Source: an uncultured bacterium (lineage in GTDB: Bacteria > GCA-001730085). Taken from it: a stretch of DNA of 32,000 bases. Under the pieces are notes generated by a model. The model had not been told where the DNA came from. It did no database searches and saw nothing but the letters and a program-made list of their open reading frames with translations. The stretch covers positions 30,001-62,000 of the forward strand of contig CAZMGY010000012.1 of assembly GCA_964565945.1 (NCBI GenBank), given 5' to 3'. Position numbers and translations under genes: made by a program. Shown here piece after piece: positions 1 to 11,000 of the stretch (position 1 is its first letter; each line of letters starts with the position of its first letter).

Positions 1-31
1 GAGTAAGGTTTAAACAAGAAGGGGGCGTGTT

Positions 32-1048
32 TTGCGTTTTGCAGAACCTTGGTTATGGTTGGGCGTGCTTGCCTGTATTGTTTTAGGGGCGTGTTTGTTG
101 GTATGGATCTACGTGATCCGTCGCAAAACCCTTCGTTCCTGGGGGGAACATGTTTTTATAGTGCCTTTGTTGGCACATGTGAGTGAAGCGTTCTATTGGC
201 TTAAGCTTGCTTTGCTTATTGTGGCGGGATCTTTGATGTTGGTTGCCTTAACCCGTCCTCAATGGGGTGAGCGTTCCGTTGAAGCGAAGCGAGAAGGTGT
301 GGATATTATTGTGGCGATTGACACCTCATTAAGTATGTTGGCTCAAGATGTCAAGCCCAATCGCTTGAGCAAAGCGAAGCGAGAAGTTAGTTTTCTTATT
401 GAGAATGTTCAAGGAGATCGTTTGGGATTGGTGGCCTTTGCGGGTCAAGCCTTTATTCAAGTTCCACTGAGCACCGATCGCGCTGTGACTAAAATGATGC
501 TGTCTTTGATCGATGTGAACACGATTGCCAGTCAAGGAACCTGTTTGGCCGAAGCGATTTTTGTTAGTCGTAAGGCTTTTGATCAAGGAGAAACTAAATA
601 CAAAACTTTGATTTTAATCACAGATGGTGAGGATCATGAAGGGGAGGCGTTGCAGCAAGCTGAACTGGCTGCCAAAGAGGGGATTCGTATTTACACAGTT
701 GGTTTGGGTCATAAAGAAGGCGCGCCGATTCCTTTGTTGGACGATCGAGGTCAAGTGACGGGTTATAAGAAAGATGCTCAAGGGAAGGTGGTGATGTCAC
801 GCGTGGCAGACAAAAGTCTTAAACAAATAGCTAAAATTACTCAAGGTGCTTATATTCATGGTTTGCAAGGTGGTTGGAACTTAAAGGGAATTTATGACAT
901 GATTTCTAGCCTAGAAAAAAAGGGAATAGAAAGTAAGCTTGTGATTATGTACGAAGATCGCTATCAATTTATTTTGGGCTTGGTTTTATGGATTCTTTTA
1001 TTGGAGAGCTGTTTTACTGTTCGCCGCCAGAGAGGAGGGTTTTCATGA
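32..1048 (+). CDS. VWA-domain membrane protein, BatA/BatB-like (aerotolerance-operon family)
   Basis: 338-aa ORF with a TTG start at 32 and a G-rich putative RBS at 21-26. It has N-terminal hydrophobic helices followed by von Willebrand A signatures: MIDAS DxSxS (VAIDTSLSM), LVAFAG, LILITDGED and IYTVGLG. A C-terminal hydrophobic helix (FILGLVLWILLL) is present. This architecture is typical of BatA/BatB. I cannot tell whether it is the A or the B paralogue. Confidence 0.85.
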   Translation: MRFAEPWLWLGVLACIVLGACLLVWIYVIRRKTLRSWGEHVFIVPLLAHVSEAFYWLKLALLIVAGSLMLVALTRPQWGERSVEAKREGVDIIVAIDTSLSMLAQDVKPNRLSKAKREVSFLIENVQGDRLGLVAFAGQAFIQVPLSTDRAVTKMMLSLIDVNTIASQGTCLAEAIFVSRKAFDQGETKYKTLILITDGEDHEGEALQQAELAAKEGIRIYTVGLGHKEGAPIPLLDDRGQVTGYKKDAQGKVVMSRVADKSLKQIAKITQGAYIHGLQGGWNLKGIYDMISSLEKKGIESKLVIMYEDRYQFILGLVLWILLLESCFTVRRQRGGFS

Positions 1049-2292
1049 GGACCTTAATGATGCTATCCATAAGTTTATTTCTGCTTTTGCCGTTGCTGGG
1101 GTTTCGTTGGCCTTGGGATCAAAGGGAAGAGAAAGCGTATGAACAAGCTCAAGCTGGGCAACATACTCAAGCTGAACAGATGTACGAGAATCTACTTAAA
1201 GAGGAACCTGACCAAGATAGGTATGTATTTAACGTGGCTCTTATGAACTATTTTAAGGAAGATTATGAGGCTTCTATTAAAACATTAGGTGCTGTGAATA
1301 ATTTTTCCTTGTTGGCCAAGGCGGCCTTATTAGAAGGAAATGCCCAGTATCGTCAGGGAGATTTGCTTAAAGCACAGAAGGCTTATCGTAAGGCTTTAGG
1401 TTTTGATCCCGAGCTATTGCTGGCCAAATATAATTTGGAAGTGATTGAAAAATTACAAAAACAAGAAGCCCTTTCTCAGGATAAGTCGCCAGAGAGCGAA
1501 GAATATTGCAATCAAAATCAGAAGCAAGACTCTCAAAGTGAATCTGCTGGTGAAGAAAGTGAGCAAGAAGCCCTTTCTGAGGATAAGTCGCCAGAGAGCA
1601 AAGAATATTGCAATCAAGATCAGAAGCAGGAGTCTCAAAGTGAATCTGGTGGTGAAGAAAGTGAGCAAAAAGCCCTTTCTCAGGATAAGTCGCCAGAGAG
1701 CGAAGAATATCGAAATCAAGATCAGAAGCAAGAGTCTCAAAGTGAATCTGGTGGTGAAGAAAGTGAGCAAGAAGCCCTTTCTCAGGATAAATCACCAGAG
1801 AGCGAAGAATATCGAAATCAAGATCAGAAGCAAGAGTCTCAAAGTAAATTTGCTGCTGAAGAAAGTGAGCAAGAAGACAGTCAAAATCAGGCTTCGCTGG
1901 ATTCAGAAGGTGCTCAAAGTGGTTCGGGGGGTCAAAAAAGTGAATCGTCGGAGGAAGAGTCCCAAAATTCCGAAGATTCTCAGGGCGGTTCGGCTAGTCA
2001 GGACGGGCAACCAGAAGAAAACCTGTCGTCAGAGTCAGAAAGTGCTAAAAGCGACTCTGGTAGTGAAGAGGGTGATCCTGCACAGAAACCTGCGGGGAAT
2101 CAGGAGGGTCAAGGATCCCAAACGTCTTCGGAGGGACAAGGTTATGGGGCTTTGGATCAACAGGATTTATCTGAGCGGGAGGCGATTGCTTTTTTAAATC
2201 AATTGGTCGAAGATAGTCAGTTGCAGCAAAAAGTACACCTTAAGCAGCAGGGCAAACAGCAACGAGGAATGAAAAGAACCAAGGATTGGTGA
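1045..2292 (+). CDS. TPR-like secreted/anchored protein with long acidic Ser/Glu/Gln-rich repeat tail (BatC-like position in operon)
   Basis: The track ORF is 988-2292. I prefer the in-frame ATG at 1045, which overlaps the upstream stop as ATGA and yields a signal-like N-terminus (MRTLMMLSISLFLLLPLLG). The N-terminal ~130 aa have TPR-like helical pairs (AQYRQGDLLKAQKAYRKALGFDPE). The remainder is low-complexity acidic sequence that includes 4 copies of a 34-aa repeat. The functional name is by operon position and TPR content only. Confidence 0.7.
   Translation: MRTLMMLSISLFLLLPLLGFRWPWDQREEKAYEQAQAGQHTQAEQMYENLLKEEPDQDRYVFNVALMNYFKEDYEASIKTLGAVNNFSLLAKAALLEGNAQYRQGDLLKAQKAYRKALGFDPELLLAKYNLEVIEKLQKQEALSQDKSPESEEYCNQNQKQDSQSESAGEESEQEALSEDKSPESKEYCNQDQKQESQSESGGEESEQKALSQDKSPESEEYRNQDQKQESQSESGGEESEQEALSQDKSPESEEYRNQDQKQESQSKFAAEESEQEDSQNQASLDSEGAQSGSGGQKSESSEEESQNSEDSQGGSASQDGQPEENLSSESESAKSDSGSEEGDPAQKPAGNQEGQGSQTSSEGQGYGALDQQDLSEREAIAFLNQLVEDSQLQQKVHLKQQGKQQRGMKRTKDW
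1465..1872 (+). repeat. Tandem direct repeat, 102 nt x 4 near-identical copies (in-frame, 34 aa each), degenerating downstream
   Basis: Copies start at 1465, 1567, 1669 and 1771 (GAAGCCCTTTCTCAGGATAAGTCGCCAGAGAGCGAAGAATAT...). Each encodes EALSQDKSPESEEY(C/R)NQ(N/D)QKQ(D/E)SQSES(A/G)GEESEQ. A decayed fifth copy begins at 1873 and blends into an S/E/Q/G-rich tract that runs to about 2150. Confidence 0.95.
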
Positions 2293-2326
2293 GTTCATAG
2301 TATAATGTAACAGATTTTTTTGAAGA

Positions 2327-4201
2327 ATGAAAGGGTTAAAGGTGGATCTTGTGAAATGCTGGGTCATTTTTATGACACTTTTTTGGGGTGTTGCACAGCT
2401 TTGGGCTGATGTAGCTATCAATTCCACATTGGATAAAGATGTGCTTTATATGGATCAAACTTTGCTGTATTCGGTTATTATTGTGACTGAGGGGGAGCAA
2501 ATTGATCAGCCGATCATACCAATATTCAAAGGGTTTTCTTCGTGTCGTATTGTGGACACGAGTCATGTTTCAATTATAAATGGCGTTAAAACACATCGTT
2601 ATGATATTGTTTATCGTTTAACCCCCGAAGTGCCCGGTGTGTACCCTATTTCTCCGACAGTTGTGATTGTCGAGGGAGAAAGGTATTTGTCTCCGCGTCT
2701 TTCAATTGAGGTTAAGGAAGGCTATAATCCTAATCCTCAAACATCGGTTCCAGGGACATCGAAGCGTTTGCTTCCCGATCGCAAAGGAGATTTTGACCAT
2801 TACGAACGCAAGGTGGACTTGGCTTTTATTGAGCTGGATGTTGATAAAACCGAATGCTACATCAATGAACAAATCACAATGATCTTTCGTTTTTATCGTC
2901 GTGTTCCTATTTTGGGGAATGTTGATTACGATTCTCCTAAATTGGAGGGGTTTTGGAAGGAAGATATCATTCCTCACAAAATGACTTACGAAGATAGGGA
3001 AGGTTTTCGTTACCATGTGACTCATATTCGTGCGGCGCTATTTCCTGTTCGAACGGGCAACTTAGAGATTGGTCCAGCGGTTTTGCGGTGCCGTTTAGCC
3101 GACCATTCGCGCCATGAGCGTCGTCGCTTAGATCTAGATAACTTTTTTGATAGCTTGCGCCGTTTCCATCAAGGGCAAGATGTGCGTTTAAGCACGAAGC
3201 CGATTAAGATCAATGTGAAGCTGTTGCCCGAAGAGGGTCAACCGAAAGATTTCTCTGGAGCTGTGGGAGCCTTTAGAATTAAAGCTCATTTGGATAATAC
3301 GGATATTGCTATCGGGGATGCGGTTAATTTAAAAGTTGGAGTTGGCGGAAAAGGTTGGATTAAGGGGATTCCTATGCCCGAGCTGCCCCAGATGAATGGC
3401 TTACAGACTTATGCCACCGAGCCTAAATTTAAAAGTCTAAAAAAGCTGGATTTGTCGGTTGTTAGCCGTAACGACTACGAGATTACTATTGTTCCTCAAG
3501 AGGAAGGTGAATGGACGGTGCCGCCCTTAAGCTTTACCTTTTTTAATCCGAAAAAAGAACAATATGTAACGGTCAAAACAAAACCTCTAACACTTCAGAT
3601 TAAGCCTTCGGCAAATCCCGTGGTAAGTCAGGCTGTGATTGATTACAGTCAAGAAAGCGAAGATAATGTGAGAGGTATACCTTTGGTGCAGCAAGATTCC
3701 TTGCGTTATTTGCAAACCAATTTAGGGGTGTCCGCACGACCGTGGGCTTTGCTTAATCTTTGGTTTTGTTTAGGAATGACTCTTTTAGGGCCGTTGCTGT
3801 ATGTTTTCGTGCCTTGGTTGAAACAGCGTTCGCACTTGAAGGCAGGACAGTATTTGCAAAAGCAGTCCTGTAGCGTACTTAAACAGGTGAAGAAGTCTTT
3901 GAAAAATCTTTCTAAACAGACCGAAAATACCGAAGCGTATTATGCTGGGTTAAACGGGGTGGTGAGAAAGTACTTATCAGCTCGTTTGAGTTGTGCGGAA
4001 CAAGGTTTGACGGGTGCAGATGCGAAACGTTTACTCCAAGAACGTCAGGTGAGTCAGGAGCTGATCCAAGAGCTTGTAGATGTGATGAATCAGGCTGATC
4101 ATGCACGTTTTGGAGGGGCTAACTTGATCGAAACAATGCAATGCGACTTGCTTAAAGTGGAACAAATTTTAAACAGAATAGAAAAGGTATTAAAGTCATG
4201 A
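2327..4201 (+). CDS. BatD-like oxygen-tolerance family protein
   Basis: 624-aa ORF. An alternative start is GTG 2351, preceded by AAGGTGG at 2339-2345, which gives a cleaner signal peptide (MKCWVIFMTLFWGVAQLWA). The protein is a large beta-rich exported region with the BatD-typical FSGAVGAF motif (~3250-3275). This is followed by a hydrophobic helix (ALLNLWFCLGMTLLGPLLYVFV) and a helical C-terminal tail. It sits in the expected operon position after the TPR protein. Confidence 0.72.
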   Translation: MKGLKVDLVKCWVIFMTLFWGVAQLWADVAINSTLDKDVLYMDQTLLYSVIIVTEGEQIDQPIIPIFKGFSSCRIVDTSHVSIINGVKTHRYDIVYRLTPEVPGVYPISPTVVIVEGERYLSPRLSIEVKEGYNPNPQTSVPGTSKRLLPDRKGDFDHYERKVDLAFIELDVDKTECYINEQITMIFRFYRRVPILGNVDYDSPKLEGFWKEDIIPHKMTYEDREGFRYHVTHIRAALFPVRTGNLEIGPAVLRCRLADHSRHERRRLDLDNFFDSLRRFHQGQDVRLSTKPIKINVKLLPEEGQPKDFSGAVGAFRIKAHLDNTDIAIGDAVNLKVGVGGKGWIKGIPMPELPQMNGLQTYATEPKFKSLKKLDLSVVSRNDYEITIVPQEEGEWTVPPLSFTFFNPKKEQYVTVKTKPLTLQIKPSANPVVSQAVIDYSQESEDNVRGIPLVQQDSLRYLQTNLGVSARPWALLNLWFCLGMTLLGPLLYVFVPWLKQRSHLKAGQYLQKQSCSVLKQVKKSLKNLSKQTENTEAYYAGLNGVVRKYLSARLSCAEQGLTGADAKRLLQERQVSQELIQELVDVMNQADHARFGGANLIETMQCDLLKVEQILNRIEKVLKS

Positions 4202-4974
4202 AACGATGGGGATTTTTGGGGCTTTGGTTTTTGTGCATGATTGGCTGGGGTTGGAGTGCCGAAGAGGATTATCAAAGTTACTTTGAGCAGGGGGAGTCTT
4301 TTTATCAAAACAATCAGTTTGATAAGGCCGTTGAACAGTACACCATTCTCTTGGATAAGGGCTACGAAAATGTCGCTGTTTGGTATAACTTAGGGACATC
4401 TTATGTGGCTCAAAACCATTATGGGTGGGCCATTTGGGCTTTTGAAAAAGCACGTTTGTACAATCGTTCCGATCAACATGTTGTGGACAATTTGAACTAT
4501 GCTTTGGACAAAGTTGGCTTAGAAAGACGTGTACAAATAGGGCCAGTTGAAGAGATGCTTTGGGGAGCTGTTTATGCATTGCCTTGGAGTTATTGGGCAC
4601 TTATGGTTATTGGGGGTTATTTACTTTTCTGGTTGACTGCTTTGGCTCGAAAGTTGAATTGGCGCTTATTGAAAAGTTATGGATTAAGCTTTGTGAGCGT
4701 TTTTTTGTGTCTGTTTGCTACTATTAATGTGTCTTTACAATGCTATTATTTTTATACCCCAAAAAAAGGTGTTGTTGTGGCGCCCAAGAAAGTTCTTAGA
4801 GGAGGGCCATCTGAGGGTTTTTCTTCAGTGGGGGTCATTCCAGAAGGGGCACTGTGTCAGATTGTGCAAAACGAGGGGTCGTGGTTCGAAGTGGAAGCTG
4901 CTGGAGGAGAACAGGGTTGGCTTCTTAGCGTTGAGGGCTTTAAAGTTTTGTCGAATGAAAGGGTGATTATGTGA
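4198..4974 (+). CDS. BatE-like protein: N-terminal signal + TPR, two TM helices, C-terminal SH3b-like domain
   Basis: ATG 4198 overlaps the upstream stop as ATGA. TPR-like segment: FYQNNQFDKAVEQYTILLDKGYENVAVWYNLGTSYVAQNHYGWAIWAFEKA. Hydrophobic helices: WALMVIGGYLLFWLTALA and LSFVSVFLCLFATINV. SH3-like tail: LRGGPSEGFSSVGVIPEGALCQIVQNEGSWFEVEAAGGEQGWL. Confidence 0.7.
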   Translation: MKRWGFLGLWFLCMIGWGWSAEEDYQSYFEQGESFYQNNQFDKAVEQYTILLDKGYENVAVWYNLGTSYVAQNHYGWAIWAFEKARLYNRSDQHVVDNLNYALDKVGLERRVQIGPVEEMLWGAVYALPWSYWALMVIGGYLLFWLTALARKLNWRLLKSYGLSFVSVFLCLFATINVSLQCYYFYTPKKGVVVAPKKVLRGGPSEGFSSVGVIPEGALCQIVQNEGSWFEVEAAGGEQGWLLSVEGFKVLSNERVIM

Positions 4975-6332
4975 AAATTATTATTATGGGTGCTGGGTCG
5001 TTTGGTTTTTATATTGCCGAACGTCTTATCCAAGAAGAGCACAATATCGTTGTTATTGATAAGAAGACAGCTGTTTTGAAGAAATTCAATGAGAATTATG
5101 ATGTCTTAACTATTCAAGGAAACGGAGCTTCGGCCGATATTTTGCAAAGAGCAGACATTGAACACGCTGATATGTTGTTGGCTTTGAGTAACTCTGATGA
5201 AGCAAATATTGTGGCATGCACGATGGCCCGTTACTACGGCGTTCAGAAAAAAATTGCACGAATCACGAATAATGTTGAACTTTATTTTCCGATCAACTCC
5301 GAAGAATATTTGATGCGCATGGGAATAGATTTTATTGTTGATCCCGATTATTCCTGTGCGCAAGAGTTTTATAATTCGATTATTTCCACGGGCATCACCG
5401 AACAATTGAGTTTTGCTTGTGGAGATGTGAGTTTGGGTGGGTTTCGTGTTCCCAAAAATCATCCTTTTGCCAGAGTTAAGCTTAAGGATATGGAGGATAT
5501 CGAAGACCAGGAAATACGTTTTGTGGCTTTTTCCAAAGGGGGGCATGTTTGCATTCCGCGTGGTGAGGATTATTTCGAAGAAGGCGATGAGATTTTTTTC
5601 ATATGTGTGCGTGAAAAACTGTCGATCTTGATGAATTGGCTCAAAATTGCTTTGCATCTGCCCAAAAAAGTGGTGATTGTGGGAGGAAATGCGGTTGGCT
5701 TTCATTTGGCTCAAATGTTAGAAAGACAAAAAATTGAGGTCAAAATGATTGAGCCCGATGAGGCTCAGGCGTCTCAAATTTCAGATCATTTGTCGAAAAC
5801 AATTGTTTTTCATGGGGCACCAACTGATCCCGATTTGCTAGAGCAATTGAATTTGCCCGACGTTGATGCTTTTGTGACTGTGACAGATAATGACGAAAAC
5901 AATATCTTGTCCTGTGTCTTAACCAAACAAATGTTAGTGAAAAAAACTTATTGTTTAGTTAAAAAATCTGAATATATTGATTTACTTCCAACAATGATGA
6001 AGATTGATGGTGTGGTTAATGTTAAGCGAGTCGTGATTAATACCATTGTTCGTTTTTTACGCAAAAGCAGCGTTGCGTCTGCGGCCACCTTACGAGACAT
6101 TGACGCAGAAGTGATTGAAATCATTATTAATCAAGATTCTAAAGTTTTGAATAAAAAAATTTCGGATCTCGATTTTCCTTCGGGAGCGATCATCGGTGCG
6201 CTTATCCATAATGGCAAAGTCATGTTTGCTAAGGGGAGCCAGGTTATTTCTTTGCATGATCGTCTTGTGGTATTTTATTTGCCACACGTCCAAAAACGTA
6301 TCAATTCTATTTTTGGGAAAAAAGTTCTGTGA
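4971..6332 (+). CDS. trkA: Trk potassium uptake system, NAD-binding peripheral subunit TrkA (two RCK units)
   Basis: GTG start at 4971 overlaps the batE-like stop as GTGA. The N-terminus MKIIIMGAGSFG closely matches the E. coli TrkA N-terminus as I recall it (MKIIILGAGQVG). A second Rossmann GxGxxG motif (VVIVGGNAVGFHLA) sits mid-protein. At 453 aa the length is typical for a tandem-RCK TrkA. Confidence 0.9.
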   Translation: MKIIIMGAGSFGFYIAERLIQEEHNIVVIDKKTAVLKKFNENYDVLTIQGNGASADILQRADIEHADMLLALSNSDEANIVACTMARYYGVQKKIARITNNVELYFPINSEEYLMRMGIDFIVDPDYSCAQEFYNSIISTGITEQLSFACGDVSLGGFRVPKNHPFARVKLKDMEDIEDQEIRFVAFSKGGHVCIPRGEDYFEEGDEIFFICVREKLSILMNWLKIALHLPKKVVIVGGNAVGFHLAQMLERQKIEVKMIEPDEAQASQISDHLSKTIVFHGAPTDPDLLEQLNLPDVDAFVTVTDNDENNILSCVLTKQMLVKKTYCLVKKSEYIDLLPTMMKIDGVVNVKRVVINTIVRFLRKSSVASAATLRDIDAEVIEIIINQDSKVLNKKISDLDFPSGAIIGALIHNGKVMFAKGSQVISLHDRLVVFYLPHVQKRINSIFGKKVL

Positions 6333-6333
6333 T

Positions 6334-7776
6334 ATGAGAATGAATCATATTGCTCATATTTTAGGTATTGTGACCATTTTTATGGCACTGGCTATGATTC
6401 CAGCAGGTGTTTTGGCTTGGTTTGATCAGGAAGCTTCATGCTATCTGTGGGGAGGCTATACCGTTATTTTGCTTGTGCTGGGATTGGTGGTCAATCGGGT
6501 GTTCAAGATGCAAAAGGAGCTGAGTTATCGCGAAGGTTTTGCGGTTGTTAGTTTTAGCTGGTTGATTTTAGGTCTATGGGGGGCTGTTCCTTACCTTTTT
6601 ACGGGGGTGTTTGATCAGTTCATACCTGCTTTTTTTGAGTCGGCCTCGGGGTTTACCACAACTGGAGCCACAGCTATTACCGATATTGAAATTTTGCCTC
6701 GCAGTATTTTGCTCTGGAGGAGTCTGACACACTGGTTTGGGGGTATGGGGGTGATTGTTTTGTCGGTGTCTATCTTGCCATTGTTGGGTGTGGGAGGGAT
6801 GCAGCTGTTTCGCGCCGAAACTCCTGGTCCTGTCACCGATAAATTGACTCCGAGGATTGCTTCGACAGCTAAAATTTTGTGGAGAATATACCTTTTATTC
6901 ACGGTGGTGCAAATGGGGCTTTTGTATTGGTGCGGAATGTCGTGGTTTGATTCGATTTGTCATACGTTTAGTACCTTGGCTACTGGTGGCTTTTCGACCA
7001 GAAATGCCAGTTTGATCGCTTACCAAAGCCCTGCCATCGAGGGTGTGACAACCGTGTTTATGATTTTGGCTGGCATTAACTTTTCGTTGCATTATCGGAT
7101 GTTGCGTGGGGATTGGAGAGCCTATGGCAAAAATAGCGAATTAAAGTTTTATTTAACGATTTTATTAATTTCATTTTTGGCCATTACCTGGAATACCTAT
7201 GGATCCATTTACGATAATTTGTGGGAAACGATTCGTTTTGTTGGCTTTCAGATTGTATCTCTATCGACAACAACGGGTTTTGTGACTGCTGACTTTAACC
7301 TTTGGCCTAGTTTTTCCCAAGTGATTTTGGTGGGCTTGATGATTATGGGGGCTTGTGCTGGTTCAACTGGGGGTGGGACCAAGGTTATTCGTGTGTTACT
7401 CGTTATGAAATATGGAGTTAGAGAGTTGCGCCGTCTGTTGCATCCTCGCGCGGTGTTTCAACTTAAATTGCGTGGTCAGACGGTTCCGAAAGAGACCGTG
7501 CAAGGGGTTTTGGGGTTATTTGTTTTTTCTGTGTTTCTCCTGATGGGAGCCACCGTCGTGATGGCTTTTTTTGGTCTGGACATTGTTACAGCGACCACAT
7601 CGGTGATTGCTTGCTTGTGGAATATTGGTCCAGGTTTGGCCAAGGTGGGGGCTGTTGAAAATTATGCCCATATTCCCAATTTGGGTAAACTATTTTTGTC
7701 GGGTTGTATGATTATGGGACGTCTCGAAGTGTTCACCGTGATCATTTTGCTCTCGCCTGAGTTTTGGCGAAGATAG
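6334..7776 (+). CDS. trkH: Trk potassium transporter membrane subunit TrkH
   Basis: The track ORF is 6196-7776. I prefer ATG 6334, 1 nt after the trkA stop, which avoids a 137-nt overlap with trkA. The protein is polytopic and has four pore-loop signatures: GFTTTGAT, LATGGFST, STTTGFVT and AGSTGGGTKV. The ~480-aa length is typical of TrkH. Confidence 0.92.
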   Translation: MRMNHIAHILGIVTIFMALAMIPAGVLAWFDQEASCYLWGGYTVILLVLGLVVNRVFKMQKELSYREGFAVVSFSWLILGLWGAVPYLFTGVFDQFIPAFFESASGFTTTGATAITDIEILPRSILLWRSLTHWFGGMGVIVLSVSILPLLGVGGMQLFRAETPGPVTDKLTPRIASTAKILWRIYLLFTVVQMGLLYWCGMSWFDSICHTFSTLATGGFSTRNASLIAYQSPAIEGVTTVFMILAGINFSLHYRMLRGDWRAYGKNSELKFYLTILLISFLAITWNTYGSIYDNLWETIRFVGFQIVSLSTTTGFVTADFNLWPSFSQVILVGLMIMGACAGSTGGGTKVIRVLLVMKYGVRELRRLLHPRAVFQLKLRGQTVPKETVQGVLGLFVFSVFLLMGATVVMAFFGLDIVTATTSVIACLWNIGPGLAKVGAVENYAHIPNLGKLFLSGCMIMGRLEVFTVIILLSPEFWRR

Positions 7777-7812
7777 CAGCTTTAATTAAAGGTTAACAAA
7801 TAGATTTGAATC

Positions 7813-7842
7813 TTGACTTTTTTGGAGGACTTGAGCTATAAT
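7813..7842 (+). promoter_or_regulatory. Putative sigma70-type promoter for the giant gene (TTGACT - 18 nt - TATAAT)
   Basis: TTGACT lies at 7813-7818 and a perfect TATAAT at 7837-7842, about 65 nt upstream of ATG 7908, in the only sizeable intergenic gap of the window. The call rests on the sequence motif alone. Consensus use in this (unknown) lineage is assumed. Confidence 0.5.
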
Positions 7843-7894
7843 GTACGTTAAGCAGTAGTATTTTTGCAAGATAATCAATATTGGCGGTAACTGT

Positions 7895-7899
7895 AGGAG
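7895..7899 (+). promoter_or_regulatory. Shine-Dalgarno site of giant gene
   Basis: AGGAG at 7895-7899, 8 nt upstream of ATG 7908. Confidence 0.6.
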
Positions 7900-7907
7900 C
7901 AGATCAT

Positions 7908-8030
7908 ATGCAAAAAGTTCAAGATAAATCACGAATCCTGGCACAGTCGCGATTATCTTCCTTCATGAAGGTAATGTCATTGTTAGTTGTTGAGTTTTTT
8001 ATAGCAACGTCAATGGATTTGGCTTACGCA
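7908..8030 (+). other. N-terminal signal peptide or signal-anchor of giant protein
   Basis: The sequence MQKVQDKSRILAQSRLSSFMK-VMSLLVVEFFIATSM-DLAYA|QY has a basic n-region, a ~15-aa hydrophobic core (with one Glu, which is atypical) and an AxA-type site (AYA) after residue 41. Confidence 0.5.
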
Positions 8031-11000
8031 CAGTATTCAGCTCCCAGTGCGATTCGCAATGCCTCGCATGGATCAAACTATTTGCGTGGTCTCAATTTAC
8101 ATCAAGAAAGACAACGACGCAAGAAACTTAAAAAGCGTCGTGATCAGCATAGTTCTCAACGCAATCGTGCTATTTCGGGTTTAACCCAGCAGTCCTTGGC
8201 TCATAAGTTACAGTCTTTTGGAGCGGAGGCACTTTATCAATTTGAAGAAATGCGAGCAGTGGCAGAACAAGCGACTCAGACACTTGATGATGCCCTTAAA
8301 AATTTAACGGCCTTTGTTGAGCCCGATAAAGATGGCATTGGGGTTAGACATTATCGTCTCGGTCGTTTGGATAAACTTGAAAACGTTTACGAAAATAATG
8401 CGGATGGATCTGCTTATCGTCGTACAGTGCTATTCAATTATGTCGATGACGGCGACCCCGATTCGGAAATAGCGTCTTACGTCGAGATGCGCCAATCAGT
8501 TTTTGTTGATGAATCGGGTCAAGAGTATTTAAGTGGTATTTATTCGAGTACAGAATGGAGGGGGCGTTACGATTCTGATGGTAATCTTGCTGAGTTTACG
8601 CGTGTGGATACCGATGATTTTGGTGAGGTGGTGACAACACGCTGGGAAGCTATGATTCACGATGAAAAAGGACAAGCGTTGACGCATGACGAAGATGGAC
8701 AAGAAATTAAATATTTCGATGAGCGTGGCAATGTTTTAGGATACACCGAAATGATCACTGACTCCGAAGGGAACACAACTTCTACTGTACGATCTCCCTT
8801 CTATACGTCATACGATGACGTGGAGGATCGGGTAACATCGTTTCTGGATATTTATACCGATGAGTATGGTCATAAAACGCAAACACATATGACGGAAATG
8901 GATTACGTGACGTTGGATGATTTAGGACATTATCGTAGTGAAATCACTGACTTGGATACGAAAAAAATGACAACGGTGATCTATGATGCGACTTATATGA
9001 GCCAGCGAGATGGTGGAACTGGAAACCGTGTGATTCAGTCGTCGGAGGTTCGAATAAATCACCGTGGAGAGAAAAATACCACCTTATGGGTTTTGGGAGA
9101 TAAGGGGTATGACAAGTATGGAAATGCCCTAAGCTACGAGAAAAGAATCACTTCCGCTGATGGGCGTTACGAAGTTGAGCGTTGGGATAATGGTCAATTC
9201 CATCATGGAAACCTCTTGTCCTATGATAGTGAGCGAGAGCTGTTCAATGCTTTAGGTCAATTGATTGAGCGTGAGAAAGTACTCTCGTACGAAGCTTTTT
9301 ACGATGGTCGCGGTAATCTCATTGACTATATAAGGGAGTCGACTATCACTACTTATCGCGATGTGATCGAGGAAAACCTTCTCGATTATTTGTGGGAGGA
9401 CTTTTCTGAAACTATGGAAAGTTTAGACCAAGAAGGTCAACGTCAGTTTTTGATTTCACAAGGAGTTGATATTTCTGATGAGGAGTGGGAGATTTTGGAC
9501 CAAGATATTTGGGATCGTGAAACCCTGCGCGAAAAAATTTCTCGTTTTGTTGAGCAGGTGGTCGATTTAGTTAAATGGGAGTTGATTTCTCAGTCGGCCT
9601 GGGATGCATACAGCTTGGAGCAAAAACGAGCCTTTTTGGCTGAAACTGATTTTGTGATTGATGATGTTTCTTGGTCAGGTTTAACAGAAGAAGCGAAGTT
9701 GAATTTGGTAAATGAGCGTAAAAATCAACGGATTGAGCAACACCAGTTGAGCATCTTAGATCAAGCTTTGGACAATTATCGAGCGGACGAACGCGCCAAG
9801 TTGATTGACGAGAAAAGTGTTGAATATGCAACGCTTGTTTTGAAACGAACTGATACAGTTATTTCGTCAGGTTTGTGGAATCAGTTGACCAATTTTCAGA
9901 AACAAATTTTTCTTAATGCCCGCTCGATTGAAACGGCAGATAATTTTTTCGATTTAGACACAGAGGCTCAATTTGAAAGTTTACCAAGGCATTACCGCGG
10001 AAAGTATCGCGAGCAAGATCATGTGGTTGTCACCTCTGAGGTCACAGAGCATTGGCATAAAGCTAAGTACAGTGATAACGATTTGCTGTTGTACAATGAG
10101 CAAGTGACCGACACGAATGTTTATCGCGAAGAAGGAGATGCTCGTGAATTGATCCAGAAGACCAAGGAAACAAATATTCGAAATGCTCAGATGGATGACT
10201 CCTATGCGAAAGGTCGTTTGCAGCATTACAAAGATTACAATTATGTCGAATACAGAGACCAGGAAAATGAGTCGGTTCAATCAACGTTTTCTGAAAACGA
10301 AACCCGCGTTTTAAGCTTTAATTCGCGCCGTGCAGCTACGGCATACGAAACAGAAAGTCGTGTGGTTAAAGACCTGTATGCACGTGATGATGTGCAAACG
10401 GCCATTGAAAAGTTATTCTCAGAAGATATGTATGAGCTTGCCAAACTTGTCAAAAGCTTATCGGTGGGTGAGTTTAATACCATGTTTAGGGGCTTTGATT
10501 ACTTGAATGAACGTTTCAATGCTTACCCGAACTATAGCCAGTTTCTTAAAGTTGTTGATGATAATTCTGAACTTTTGAAAAATTTGCAAGATGAAATCAA
10601 AACGAAGGGTTTGCCAGGTTCTTTACAGTTTAATTTTGCCAAAATGATGAGCAGTTTAAGCTTCGCCAACTTTCCAGACTTTGCCAAGGTTATGACTGAT
10701 CTTCCAGCAACAACTGAGACATCTTTGCGACGAGAGAATATCGTGTTCGATATTGATAATCGCATGATGGGTTATGAGGAAAGCGGTACGAATGAGGACG
10801 GCCAAGATTACACCACGCAGATGTACGATATCAAGTACGACGGCCGTGGCTTAATGTCCGAATACGGCAACAGTTCTACGGTTGAAGGTGTTCGTACTGA
10901 TGTTCATCGTTTCAATATGGCTTATGATTTGCAAGATCGAGCTTTGGGTTACACCGAAGAGATTTATTCTCAAGGTGAATTTAATGTGGTACAGATGAAG